Origin: an uncultured cyanobacterium
GTDB lineage: Bacteria; Cyanobacteriota; Cyanobacteriia; PCC-6307; Cyanobiaceae
Reading direction: 5' to 3'
Length of the DNA: 64,000 nt
Assembly: GCA_963765575.1 (NCBI GenBank)
Contig: CAVXWZ010000011.1
Span: 672,001 to 736,000, forward strand
A program made the translations under genes and the position numbers. Shown here in pieces: positions 40,373 through 49,333 of the stretch; position 1 is the stretch's first letter; each line of letters starts with the position of its first letter. The notes under the pieces were generated by a model, which worked only from the letters and a program-made list of their open reading frames with translations, was not told the origin of the DNA and ran no database searches.

Positions 40373-41578
40373 TCAGTCGGTTGTCGGCGCTGTGGAGGCT
40401 GGCGGAGCCCCCCCGTTGATCCCGCCGTTCTCGTTGTCCTGTTCAACGTCACTGCCATCGCGACTGCCATCGCGATGGCCATCTTCTGAGCGCTCGAGCA
40501 GCGGCAGGATCGGTGGGATCAGCCACGGCCAGGAGAGGTCTCCCAGGCCTGCGGGCACCGGTTCTGGCTCCGGGCCCACCACGTCGAAGGAGGTGCGCCT
40601 CACCACCAGGCGGAACTGGCGTGGCGACAGCTTGATGTTGATGAACTCCTGCACGGCACTCACCTGGGTGAAGGTGGGCAGGCGTGGATTTGTGACGCTC
40701 ACCCGGGCGGTGATCACCGGCGGACTGACGTCCCAATCGACCAGCACACTCTCCAGCTCCGAATCGCGGCCCAGGGTGATCGTTTCGTTGCGCAGGCTGC
40801 TGAGGATCAATTCTTCGATGCGCTGGGCCTGAACCTGGCGGCGCGAGACCCCCAGCAGGTTGAGCAGACTGCCCCCCAGGGGAACCACCAGCAGCGCAGT
40901 CAGGGCCATGCTCGTGATCCCCAGCCGGCTGCGCAGCAGCCGACCGCGGAAGGGCCGCTCCAGCACATTCAGCGTCACCATCGCGCCGCTGAGGATGCCG
41001 AGCAGGTTGGTGAGGAACAGCAGAGCGGCGCCGTAGCTCTCCATCCAGAGACCGGCTGCCAGCAGCAGGCCGGTCACGCAGACCGGCGGCATCAGGGCCA
41101 CGGCAATGGCCAGGCCTGCCAGTGCGTTGATGGCCTCCTTGCGCAGCTTGGCGAACATCGCCACCACCCCGGCGGCAAGGGCGATGCCCAGATCGAGCAG
41201 GTTCGGGCTCGTGCGTGCCATCACCTCGCTGCCGAAGCTGGGGAAGGCCACCAGCAGGCCCACGGCCACCGACACGCTCAATCCCAGCCCGACGCCCAGG
41301 GCGAGGGTGCGCAGGGCTGCGAGGAAGTCGTCGAACTGTCCACGCAGAACCTGGAAGGCCATGGCCTGCAGGGGCATGATCCAGGGGGCCACGACCATGG
41401 CGCCGATCACCACAGCAGCGCTGTTGGCCAGCAGCCCCAGGGTGGCGATCAGCGAGGAGCCCAGGGTGAGCACCGCGAACACCTGGCCGAAGTGGGCGTC
41501 CCTGGCGAACTCTTCGCGCAGCACAACCAAGCGGGCTTTGTCGGCCTGCAGGGAGCGATCCGGGGTGTGGCTGCGCAT
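40373..41578 (-). CDS. DUF389 domain membrane protein
   Basis: NSAAVVIGAMVVAP, RTSPNLLDL and GLAIAVALMPP motifs. Confidence 0.88.
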   Translation of the reverse strand: MRSHTPDRSLQADKARLVVLREEFARDAHFGQVFAVLTLGSSLIATLGLLANSAAVVIGAMVVAPWIMPLQAMAFQVLRGQFDDFLAALRTLALGVGLGLSVSVAVGLLVAFPSFGSEVMARTSPNLLDLGIALAAGVVAMFAKLRKEAINALAGLAIAVALMPPVCVTGLLLAAGLWMESYGAALLFLTNLLGILSGAMVTLNVLERPFRGRLLRSRLGITSMALTALLVVPLGGSLLNLLGVSRRQVQAQRIEELILSSLRNETITLGRDSELESVLVDWDVSPPVITARVSVTNPRLPTFTQVSAVQEFINIKLSPRQFRLVVRRTSFDVVGPEPEPVPAGLGDLSWPWLIPPILPLLERSEDGHRDGSRDGSDVEQDNENGGINGGAPPASTAPTTD

Positions 41579-41675
41579 CAGCCCGTCCAGGGCCGATGCC
41601 CTGCAGTTCAGCCATGCAGTCTGGAGCCAGCACCGCCCTCAGCCAGAGGTCGGTGCTGGCGGTTCAGTGGCCGGA

Positions 41676-41864
41676 TCAGGCGCGGGGTTTGATGCCCAGC
41701 AGCTCAGCGCCGTACTGCTCACTGAACATGGCCTGGGTCTGCCAGACGGAGAGCAGGGATTTGGCGATGCTGCGCAGCTCCTCGATGTTGTCGCAGGCAT
41801 CGATGGCACGCGAATGCATGGCCACGGTGAACTGGCGGCTGAGGGGGAGGCTGGGGTCGGACAT
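41676..41864 (-). CDS. small protein, NblA-like phycobilisome degradation adaptor candidate
   Basis: 62 aa; LPLSRQF resembles the NblA LSLEQQF motif; two predicted helices. Confidence 0.5.
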   Translation of the reverse strand: MSDPSLPLSRQFTVAMHSRAIDACDNIEELRSIAKSLLSVWQTQAMFSEQYGAELLGIKPRA

Positions 41865-41929
41865 GAACAAGTGTGTTGGGACGTATTGAGAAATGTAACG
41901 AGCCCACGGAGCTGGCGTGGCGGCTCGCC

Positions 41930-42429
41930 GGTGCGGACGTCCGACCCACTGCTTGATCCAGTAGATCCAGCCGAACACCTTCTCGATGTCGCCGCCGATG
42001 CTGTTCTGGTGCCCACCGCTTGGGTGATGCGGCGCTCGACGATCAGGGCAGTGCTGGATGGGCATTCGACGTCCTGGCCAGCAGAGCGTCGGGATCGGTG
42101 GTGGAGCGTGTTGAGCAGTGGTTTCACCTCGGGGGTGCCCATCAGCTTCTGGAGAAACTGGCCCGCGACCTGCTCAGTCAGGAGCCCGGCACGGTTCTTG
42201 CTGAGCGTGGTGGGATGCCAGATCGGATCGTCCGGGCGCCGGCCGACAAACCAGCGGAACAGCAGGTTGGCGTGCAGCTGCTCGGGCGGCAGCGGACGCT
42301 CGATGGGATCTGCTCGTCGATCGAAACGCAGGAGAACAGATCGCCGCTGCGCACCTGTTGACCAAGCATCTCAGCTGGGCGGTTGCCCCGTTAGCGCAGG
42401 GGCGGCAGGGTTTTTCAGCGAACTCCTAG
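41930..42429 (-). mobile_element. internally deleted IS5-family insertion sequence remnant
   Basis: Collinear transposase pieces MLGQQVRSGDLFSCVSIDEQIP, EQLHANLLFRWFVG...IWHPTTLSKNR...FLQKLMGTPEVKPLL, TDPDALLARTSNAHPAL and IEKVFGWI; end-like sequence TTTTTCAGCGAACTCCTAG at ~42411-42429. Confidence 0.8.
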
Positions 42430-42438
42430 GTTCAGGCG

Positions 42439-44652
42439 GTGGACCAGCGTGATTTCCCGGCGTCGATCCAGCCGCGGGCACTGGACCTGCTGGCGCAGCT
42501 GAGCACGGCCGAAAAACTGGCCATGTTGTCGGGCGAGACGCCCTTCTGGGCGGGGCTGATCGACATCGCCACCCGCGACGCCTCCCACCGCCATCCCTGG
42601 CCCGCCGCTGCTCTGCCTCGCCTTGGCCTGCCGGGCCTGCGCTTCGTCGATGGCCCCAGGGGGGTGTGCCTGGAGGGAGGGGCCACCACCTTCCCGGTGC
42701 CGATCGCCCGCGGCGCCTGCTGGGATCCGCAGCTGGAGGAGCGCATCGGCGAGGCCATCGCCAGGGAGGCGCGCTCCTTCGGTGCCAACTGGGTGGCCGC
42801 GGTGTGCGTGAACCTGCTGCGCCACCCCGGCTGGGGCAGGGCCCAGGAGACCTACGGCGAGGATCCCGTGCACGTGGGGGCGCTCGGGGCGGCGATGACC
42901 CTCGGCCTGCAGCGCCACGCACTCGCCTGCGTCAAGCACTTCGCCCTCAACTCGATCGACAGCTCCCGTTTCCTGGTGGATGTGCGGGCCACCGCGCGGG
43001 TGCTGCAGGAGCTCTATCTGCCCCAGTTCCGCGACTGTGTGGAGGCCGGCGCGGCTTCGGTGATGAGTGCCTACAACCGGGTGAATGGCATCTGGTGCGG
43101 TGAGCATCCCCAGCTGCTGAACGGCATCCTCAAGGGCCGCTGGGGCTTCGAGGGGTTCGTGGTCACCGATTTCATCTTCGGGGTGCGTGACGGCGTTGCC
43201 GCCCTGCTGGCGGGGCAGGACCTGGAGATGCCCTTCCCGATGGTGTTCGCGGGTGTGCTCGAGGAGGCGCTGGCGGATGGCCGCCTGCCGATGGCCCGGG
43301 TGGACGACGCCGTGCTGCGCTTGCTGCGGGCGCAACTGGCCCTGCAGGCGGGCGAGGATTCCTCCTCGCTCCGCCAGCGCCGCGAGTCCGGTCCCGCACG
43401 GATCAGCGGGCACCGCGAGCTGGCACGTGAGGCCGCCACCAAGGCGATCGTGCTGCTGCGCAACGAGGGGGGGGCGCTCCCCTTCAGCGGCCTGCGCTCC
43501 CTGGCTGTGGTGGGGCGGCTGGCGGCGGTGGCCAATCTGGGCGATCGCGGCTCCTCCGACACGCGTCCGCTTCCGGGTTCGGTGGTGACTCCTCTGGCGG
43601 GCCTGCGTGCTGCCGCCCCCCAGCTGGAGATCCGTCAGGGCAGGGGTGACGATCCGCCGGCCGCCGCCGCGGCCGCCGCCGGCTGTGACGCGGCCGTCGT
43701 GGTGGTGGGACTGGACTGGCGCCTGGAAGGGGAGCACATCCATCCGGGCGACATCGCCCCGATCCTGCGCCACATACCCCCACCCGACTGGCTGCGGCGC
43801 CGGGGCGGGCGCCACCTCTGGAAGCCGGTGGCTGAGCTCATCGCCTGGATCACCAGCCATGCCTCGCCGCGCCAGGGGGGCGACTTCGGCTCCGGAGATC
43901 GCACTGATCTGCGTCTGCCGGCTCGCCAGGTGGCCCTGATCCGGGCGGTGGCGGCCGCCAACCCCCGCACGGTGGTGGTGCTGATGGGAGGCGGCGGCGT
44001 GCTGATGGAGGAATGGCGGCAGGCGGTGCCGGGGATCCTGCTGCTCTGGTATCCGGGAGAGCAGGGCGGGCATGCCCTGGCCGACGTGCTTCTCGGCCGG
44101 GTGTCACCATCGGGGCGGCTGCCCTTCAGCCTGCCCACCAGCACGGACCATCTGCCCCCGTTCCATCCCCGGGCGCTGCAGGTCACCTATGACCTCTGGC
44201 ACGGCTATCGGCGCCTGGGGCGCGAGGGCCATCGCGCCGCCTATCCCTTCGGTTTCGGTCTCTCCTACAGCCGGATCGAGATCTCCGATGTGGCGGCGAC
44301 GGAGCCCCCCGCGGTCGCAGACCCTGCCCAGGCGATGGAGGTGAGCGTGGCTGTGCGCAACCACGGGCCGATGGGGGCCGCCGAGGTGGTGCAGGTCTAC
44401 CTGGAGGCACCCGGGCTGCGGGTCGAGCGTCCGTCGCGCACGTTGGTGGGTTTCCAGCGCCTGGAGCTGGCCGCCGGAGACTGCCGCCGCCTCACGCTGG
44501 CGATCCCGCTGCGGCGGCTGGCCTGCTTCGATGAGACCCGTGACGGCTTCATGCTCGAACCCGGTGATCACCGCCTGGTGGTGGCCCGCCATGCCGAGGA
44601 TCCGGGACTGGCGGTGACGCTGCGGCTGGAGGAGCGCTGGCTTGGGCCCTGA
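42439..44652 (+). CDS. glycoside hydrolase family 3 beta-glucosidase with FnIII domain
   Basis: DGPRG, GRAQETYGEDP, CVKHFA, VMSAYN, VVTDF nucleophile and YPFGFGLSY motifs; no signal peptide. Confidence 0.93.
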   Translation: MDQRDFPASIQPRALDLLAQLSTAEKLAMLSGETPFWAGLIDIATRDASHRHPWPAAALPRLGLPGLRFVDGPRGVCLEGGATTFPVPIARGACWDPQLEERIGEAIAREARSFGANWVAAVCVNLLRHPGWGRAQETYGEDPVHVGALGAAMTLGLQRHALACVKHFALNSIDSSRFLVDVRATARVLQELYLPQFRDCVEAGAASVMSAYNRVNGIWCGEHPQLLNGILKGRWGFEGFVVTDFIFGVRDGVAALLAGQDLEMPFPMVFAGVLEEALADGRLPMARVDDAVLRLLRAQLALQAGEDSSSLRQRRESGPARISGHRELAREAATKAIVLLRNEGGALPFSGLRSLAVVGRLAAVANLGDRGSSDTRPLPGSVVTPLAGLRAAAPQLEIRQGRGDDPPAAAAAAAGCDAAVVVVGLDWRLEGEHIHPGDIAPILRHIPPPDWLRRRGGRHLWKPVAELIAWITSHASPRQGGDFGSGDRTDLRLPARQVALIRAVAAANPRTVVVLMGGGGVLMEEWRQAVPGILLLWYPGEQGGHALADVLLGRVSPSGRLPFSLPTSTDHLPPFHPRALQVTYDLWHGYRRLGREGHRAAYPFGFGLSYSRIEISDVAATEPPAVADPAQAMEVSVAVRNHGPMGAAEVVQVYLEAPGLRVERPSRTLVGFQRLELAAGDCRRLTLAIPLRRLACFDETRDGFMLEPGDHRLVVARHAEDPGLAVTLRLEERWLGP

Positions 44653-45186
44653 TCAGCTCCTAGCCTTCATCAGGCTCAGCACCAGACGTAGCCGCAGTCG
44701 GTTGTAGCGCTGCAAGAGCAGGCAGGGCAGATTGAAGAGGGTGGAGAAGATCAGGTTGATCAGCACCCCTGCCGGTGGCAGCCACAGGGCTGTGGCCATC
44801 CAGGCGGGCCACAGGGCCCAGTGCACCAGCTCGGCGCGCCGGGTCTCGAGCAACAGACGCTGCAGGGCCAGTGGATCCCGCCGCGCCAGGCTGGCCTTGC
44901 TCACGCCACCGGGCAACGCCGCGCCGGCATCCGGAATCCAGGGTTTCCAGCGCCTGATCCCCAGACGGCTCTGATAGCGGCGCAGCGCCCGTTGCAGCGC
45001 TTGTGCTGGCTGGGTGCCCCCTGACTGACCCAGGAGTCGCTTGGGCTGCCGTTCCAGCAGCTGATCGGGCAGGTGGTTGGCGACCGACCCCACCAGCAGC
45101 GACCAGAGCAGCCACAGGGCGGCGCATCCCAGCACCGCGGACAGCCAGCTCGGAAGCCAGTCCACAAGCCGGGCAGGCAAGGCCAT
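44653..45186 (-). CDS. CrtO-like (glycosyl-4,4'-diaponeurosporenoate) acyltransferase
   Basis: LGIRRWKPWIPDAG, ETRRAELVHW and NLPCLLLQRYNRLRL motifs; ATG overlaps the GT2 stop. Confidence 0.78.
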   Translation of the reverse strand: MALPARLVDWLPSWLSAVLGCAALWLLWSLLVGSVANHLPDQLLERQPKRLLGQSGGTQPAQALQRALRRYQSRLGIRRWKPWIPDAGAALPGGVSKASLARRDPLALQRLLLETRRAELVHWALWPAWMATALWLPPAGVLINLIFSTLFNLPCLLLQRYNRLRLRLVLSLMKARS

Positions 45187-46280
45187 CAGCGGGTCCTGAA
45201 GGTGCGGCCCTTCCAGCGCACCTGCCCACGCTTGAGGTTGCGGATCGCCTGCAGGAACACCCCCAGGAAAAACAGCACCGGGATCGGAAACAGCAGGTTG
45301 ATCCAGCGGAAGCGTCCGATCCGGCGGGTGATCAGCAGCAACTGCAGGGCGAAAGCCGCATAGATCACAGCGTTGGCAAGGGGACGAGGGTCCCCCATCA
45401 GCGGCCAGCCCAGCAGCGAGGCCGGTAGACACCAGGCCGCCCAGAACAGTCCCGAGAGCCACATCAGCACTCCCAGCATCCAGGGCCAGCGCACCTCGCC
45501 GGCGGCGGCGGCGAAGTTCTTGTTGAAGCCCACCACCAGATCACCCAGACCGCCCGGATACATGCGGTAGGCGAGCAGCTTGCCACCGATGTAGGCACTC
45601 ACCGGCAGCCTCGCAGCCTCGTAGCGATGGCCGAGAAACCAGTCCTCCACCACCTTGTTGGCCACGGCCTCGTGTCCACCGCTGCGCTGGTAGTCAGCCC
45701 GGCTCGTGACCATCGCCGGCCCGAAGGCCACCCCGCAGCCCGGTCCCAGGGGCACAGCCATCAGCCCGACGAGGTTGAACAGCACCGAGAGCTGCTCGTA
45801 GGACTTCACCGTGCGGTGGTAGGGCTGCACCGACACCAGGCCTCCCAGGTTCTGCCAGGCCGCCACCAGGCTCTGCAGGAACTCCGGGGCGGGCTGGGTG
45901 TCGGCATCGAGGAACACCAGCAACTCGGCGCGGCTGGTTTTCACCCCGTGGTGCAGGGCCCAGGTCTTGCCGCACCAGCCCGCCGGCAGTGGCGGTGGCT
46001 GGATCACCTGCACCTGGAGCCCCGGCGCGCCGCCGCGGGCAATGGCGGCGGTGTCGTCGCTGGAGTGGTCGTCAATCACGATCACCTCCAGGGGGCTCAG
46101 GGTCTGCTCCGCCAGGGCCGCCAGCAGATGGGGCAGGCTGGCGGCTTCATTGCGGGCTGGGATCAGCACCGAAACCTGCGGTTCCCCGCTTGTGGCCGTG
46201 AGGGGAAGTGCCGGCATGCGTGCCGCCAGCAGCCAGCCCAGCAGCCAGCGCACCACCACTGAGATGGTGATCAACTCCAT
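45186..46280 (-). CDS. GT2 glycosyltransferase, CrtQ/CruC-like
   Basis: VSVLIPARNEA, DDHSSD, GWCGKTWA, FLDAD, VVED, RMY and terminal VRWKGR motifs; C-terminal TM helices. Confidence 0.85.
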   Translation of the reverse strand: MELITISVVVRWLLGWLLAARMPALPLTATSGEPQVSVLIPARNEAASLPHLLAALAEQTLSPLEVIVIDDHSSDDTAAIARGGAPGLQVQVIQPPPLPAGWCGKTWALHHGVKTSRAELLVFLDADTQPAPEFLQSLVAAWQNLGGLVSVQPYHRTVKSYEQLSVLFNLVGLMAVPLGPGCGVAFGPAMVTSRADYQRSGGHEAVANKVVEDWFLGHRYEAARLPVSAYIGGKLLAYRMYPGGLGDLVVGFNKNFAAAAGEVRWPWMLGVLMWLSGLFWAAWCLPASLLGWPLMGDPRPLANAVIYAAFALQLLLITRRIGRFRWINLLFPIPVLFFLGVFLQAIRNLKRGQVRWKGRTFRTR

Positions 46281-46314
46281 ACATGCCTGCCGACGGTGCT
46301 GGAGCCACTCAACG

Positions 46315-46926
46315 CTATGGCCGCAGCAGTTCCTTGGCCAGCGGCCGGACGGCGGCCGGATCGCGCAGCAGCTGGGGGTGGGTGAGCACCGGGAGCATGG
46401 TCCGGGCGCCCACGGGCAGCACCGCCCGCCAGCCGGGGAGCACCACCAGATCGAGGCCGGAGTAGAAACTGTGGCAGTCGATCCGGCGCAGGCTGTCGAG
46501 ATTGGCGTTCAGCCGGCACAGCAGCGGGCTGCCCCACTTGAGGTCGGCGATGCCCGCAAACAGCCGGCCTGGCCAGGGCTGGGCGGTGAGGGTGCCGTGC
46601 TGGGGGCTGCCCACGCTGAGGAAGCGGCGGGTGCGGCCGTGGCCGCCGCGCAGCTGGATCCAGGCGCGGGCGATCACCCCCCCCATCGAGAACCCCAGCA
46701 GATCGATGGGCTGCTCGATCCCGAAGGCCGCCTCGATGTGGCTGCCCAGGAGCGCGGCCGCCTCCAGCACCGGGGTGGCCCCCAGCCGCAGGGGCAGGGC
46801 GGGGATCAGCAGCGGCTGGCGGCGCTCCCCCAGCTCCCGCTTGAGTCGCTCGAACACGGCCGGGGTGTCGAGCAGCCCATGCACCAGAACCAGGGGTGGG
46901 CCGGAGATGGAACCGGAAATCGCCAC
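46315..46926 (-). CDS. lipase/esterase, alpha/beta hydrolase
   Basis: LVLVHGL, GFSMGG nucleophile elbow, GSPQHGT, DLVVLP, THPQL; probable GTG start at 46926. Confidence 0.88.
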   Translation of the reverse strand: MAISGSISGPPLVLVHGLLDTPAVFERLKRELGERRQPLLIPALPLRLGATPVLEAAALLGSHIEAAFGIEQPIDLLGFSMGGVIARAWIQLRGGHGRTRRFLSVGSPQHGTLTAQPWPGRLFAGIADLKWGSPLLCRLNANLDSLRRIDCHSFYSGLDLVVLPGWRAVLPVGARTMLPVLTHPQLLRDPAAVRPLAKELLRP

Positions 46927-47012
46927 GGGCCGGCGGCGTGCGCCGGGGGAATGAATCTGTTCTAAGGCAGCGGGCCCTTGGCGAAGCCGGCAGCAGGGGG
47001 GCAGGTGGGGGT

Positions 47013-47153
47013 TCACGTGCTGAACCAGTGGGTGGCGCCGGCCTCCATCAGGGCGATCAGCCCCTCAACCAAGCGGGTGTCGGCAGCGGCGGAGTTGCCC
47101 TGGCGCCGATTCCGGCCGGTGCTGGATGGAGCCTTGGTCCGGGAGCGGCACAC
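47013..47153 (-). pseudogene. ArdC-like antirestriction/ssDNA-binding protein N-terminal fragment
   Basis: MCRSRTKAPSSTGRNRRQG...LVEGLIALMEAGATHW then stop; resembles the ArdC 'I-x-x-LEAG-x-x-PW' start. Confidence 0.45.
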
Positions 47154-47248
47154 ACGCCAGCTGAGAAACGCTCCTCACACTTCGTTACATGACGCGCCAG
47201 GCTGGATTCATCGGGCTCCGGCCCCCTGCTCCACGCCGCTCTCGTCCC

Positions 47249-47350
47249 ATGCCCACCTCCATCCTCCTGGAAGCGTTTCTGGCCTTCTTCGCCGCCTCCA
47301 TGGGCCTCTGGCTGCTGCGCCTGTCCCGCCCCTCGCGCCCCGTGCGCTGA
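47249..47350 (+). CDS. 33-aa single-TM microprotein candidate
   Basis: MPTSILLEAFLAFFAASMGLWLLRLSRPSRPVR; hydrophobic core, basic tail, high GC3. Confidence 0.45.
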   Translation: MPTSILLEAFLAFFAASMGLWLLRLSRPSRPVR

Positions 47351-47449
47351 TCCCCGGTTGCGGACCGGGTCGGCGTGCACGAAACCCCTTCCGTGCTCCG
47401 GCGAGCCGTTCCGGTAACGGACTTTCTGCTTTGTAATTCCTTTGCTGCA

Positions 47450-47992
47450 ATGACAACGTTCCTCTCCAGTTATTTTCTGAGATCCGGTTTTCTGGCCAAT
47501 GCCGGACTACTGATCCTGCGTGTGTGCCTCGGCGCGATGATGATTCACCACGGCCAGGAGAAGCTGGCCAACCCTGAATTCTTCGCGACCAACTATGTGA
47601 TACCGCTGCATCTTCCATTCCCGCTGCTGATGGCTCACCTGGCTGGCTTCGCCGAGATCTTCGGTTCTTGGTGTCTCATCCTGGGCATCTTTTCGCCCCT
47701 GGGCGCCCTTGCCCTGGCCGGAACGATGACCGTGGCGGCTTACCACCACATCCTCACCAGCGGTTTCAACATCTATGTGTTGGAGCTGGTGGTGCTCTAT
47801 CTCGGTGGCAGTACGGCCATCCTGCTGATCGGCCCGGGGCGCTTCTCCTTTGATGCCGGAATCCTCAGCGAACTTCTGATGCCCCGGCCCGCTTCTGTCG
47901 CCCCGCGCTCGGCTGTCAGGCAGGGTCCTGGCGCCCTGCGCGCCGATGCCCTGCGCGCCGATGCCTTCAGCGCTGAACAGCCCCGCCGCTGA
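47450..47992 (+). CDS. DoxX family membrane protein
   Basis: LILRVCLG, HHGQEKL, AEIFG and GPGRFSFD motifs. Confidence 0.88.
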   Translation: MTTFLSSYFLRSGFLANAGLLILRVCLGAMMIHHGQEKLANPEFFATNYVIPLHLPFPLLMAHLAGFAEIFGSWCLILGIFSPLGALALAGTMTVAAYHHILTSGFNIYVLELVVLYLGGSTAILLIGPGRFSFDAGILSELLMPRPASVAPRSAVRQGPGALRADALRADAFSAEQPRR

Positions 47993-48018
47993 GCGGAGCA
48001 GCTTCCGCCTCGCTGGCT

Positions 48019-48630
48019 TCAGCTGGCGGCGAGCGCTCCAGTCAGCAGCTCCAGCTTGCGCTCCTGGCGGTCCAGGGCTCCCATGAACCAGGCCAGGGAG
48101 AGCCCCACCACCAGCATCCAGGCCAGGGACGTCCAGCCCACCACCCGCCAGGTCGATCCTCCAGTCGCAGCACGATCGTTTCCTGGCGTGGTCTTCTCAG
48201 GCTCCAGGTCCAGCACCAGCCGAAGCACCGCATCGGCAGTGGCCGGCACCTGGGCAGGATCAGCCCGCTCGTCAGGGGCCGACTTCAGCAGGGCATCGCG
48301 ACAGCGCTGCAGCCCGCCCCCGGCCCAGAACAGTCCCCAGGCCCGACGGTCCTGCTGCAGCACCACCCAGCGTTCCGGTCGGGCATCGTGGCGCACCAGT
48401 TGGCAGGCCCGGGCCAGCGACCAGGTGCGCCCCTGGGCCAGGGAGGGGTCGGCCTCGATCAGCAGGCGCCCCTGGGGGTCACGGATGAAACCGCGGGCCA
48501 ACCGCAGGTCGAACACCTCCACGATCTGCACGGCCACCCCCTGGCGGCTCGGGCGCCAGCCAGGGGCCATGAACAGCAGTGCTCCCCGGTGGCGGTGCAT
48601 GCAGTGCTCCACCTGAAGGTTGTCCGCCAT
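48019..48630 (-). CDS. hypothetical protein with C-terminal TM helix
   Basis: 203-aa ORF, hydrophobic segment near the C-terminus, no recognised family. Confidence 0.55.
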   Translation of the reverse strand: MADNLQVEHCMHRHRGALLFMAPGWRPSRQGVAVQIVEVFDLRLARGFIRDPQGRLLIEADPSLAQGRTWSLARACQLVRHDARPERWVVLQQDRRAWGLFWAGGGLQRCRDALLKSAPDERADPAQVPATADAVLRLVLDLEPEKTTPGNDRAATGGSTWRVVGWTSLAWMLVVGLSLAWFMGALDRQERKLELLTGALAAS

Positions 48631-49067
48631 AGCCCCGAAGGTGGAACGTCGTCAGCTCGCAGCCATCCTGCCCTGCCCCCACCGGTTCACGCCGCTGCGC
48701 CCCATCCATTCGCCTCGCCTGGGCTCTGGCGCGGAGCCGCGTGGGCTCAGAGCTGGGTGACTCCCACCCAGCTGGGTGCCGGCGGCCAGGCACACAGATT
48801 GGTGCCATCGGTTGCCCGCGCTGGTGATCCATAACCGCCTCTGCGCCGCGGAGTGGAAGAGCCTGATCAGAGCTTCCACCCCCAAACCCCCATGCTCCGT
48901 CTCCGTGGTGACCGCCGCAGTCTGCTGGCCGCGTTGGCGGCCGAGTGGGCTGCGCTCCAGCTGCAGCTGCCTCGTCCGAACTGCCGCTCCTCACAGTCCC
49001 TCGGCCGGCCAACTCAATCTCGGTAGGATCGCTGCTCGTTTCCGCCCCCGCGTTCGGCTTCCCCATC

Positions 49068-49316
49068 ATGATCGTGATCAAGGTGACCAATGCCTCCGAC
49101 GTGGTGGCCACCCGGATTGGTCGGTTTCTCGCTGATCTCACCCCCAGTGGGTTTGATCAGGGCAAGGTTGAAGAAGAGCTGATGAAGCAACTCGCCGAGC
49201 AGATGCGCGCCCAGGGCCTGCAGGGAGAAGTGGCGTCAGTGCAGGGCCTGGATCTTCACAACAAGATGATTTCTGTGGGCAACAAAGTGGAAGTGCGTCG
49301 CTACCGCACAATCTGA
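49068..49316 (+). CDS. small hypothetical protein
   Basis: 82 aa from ATG 49068 (MIVIKVTNASDVVA...); TAGGAT -10-like hexamer upstream. Confidence 0.7.
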   Translation: MIVIKVTNASDVVATRIGRFLADLTPSGFDQGKVEEELMKQLAEQMRAQGLQGEVASVQGLDLHNKMISVGNKVEVRRYRTI

Positions 49317-49333
49317 TCTGGTCGCCCACGGAA

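Noticed and set aside
48680..48720. Glutamine riboswitch-like start (GTTCAC)
   Set aside because: The remaining conserved elements of the glnA and downstream-peptide motifs could not be found
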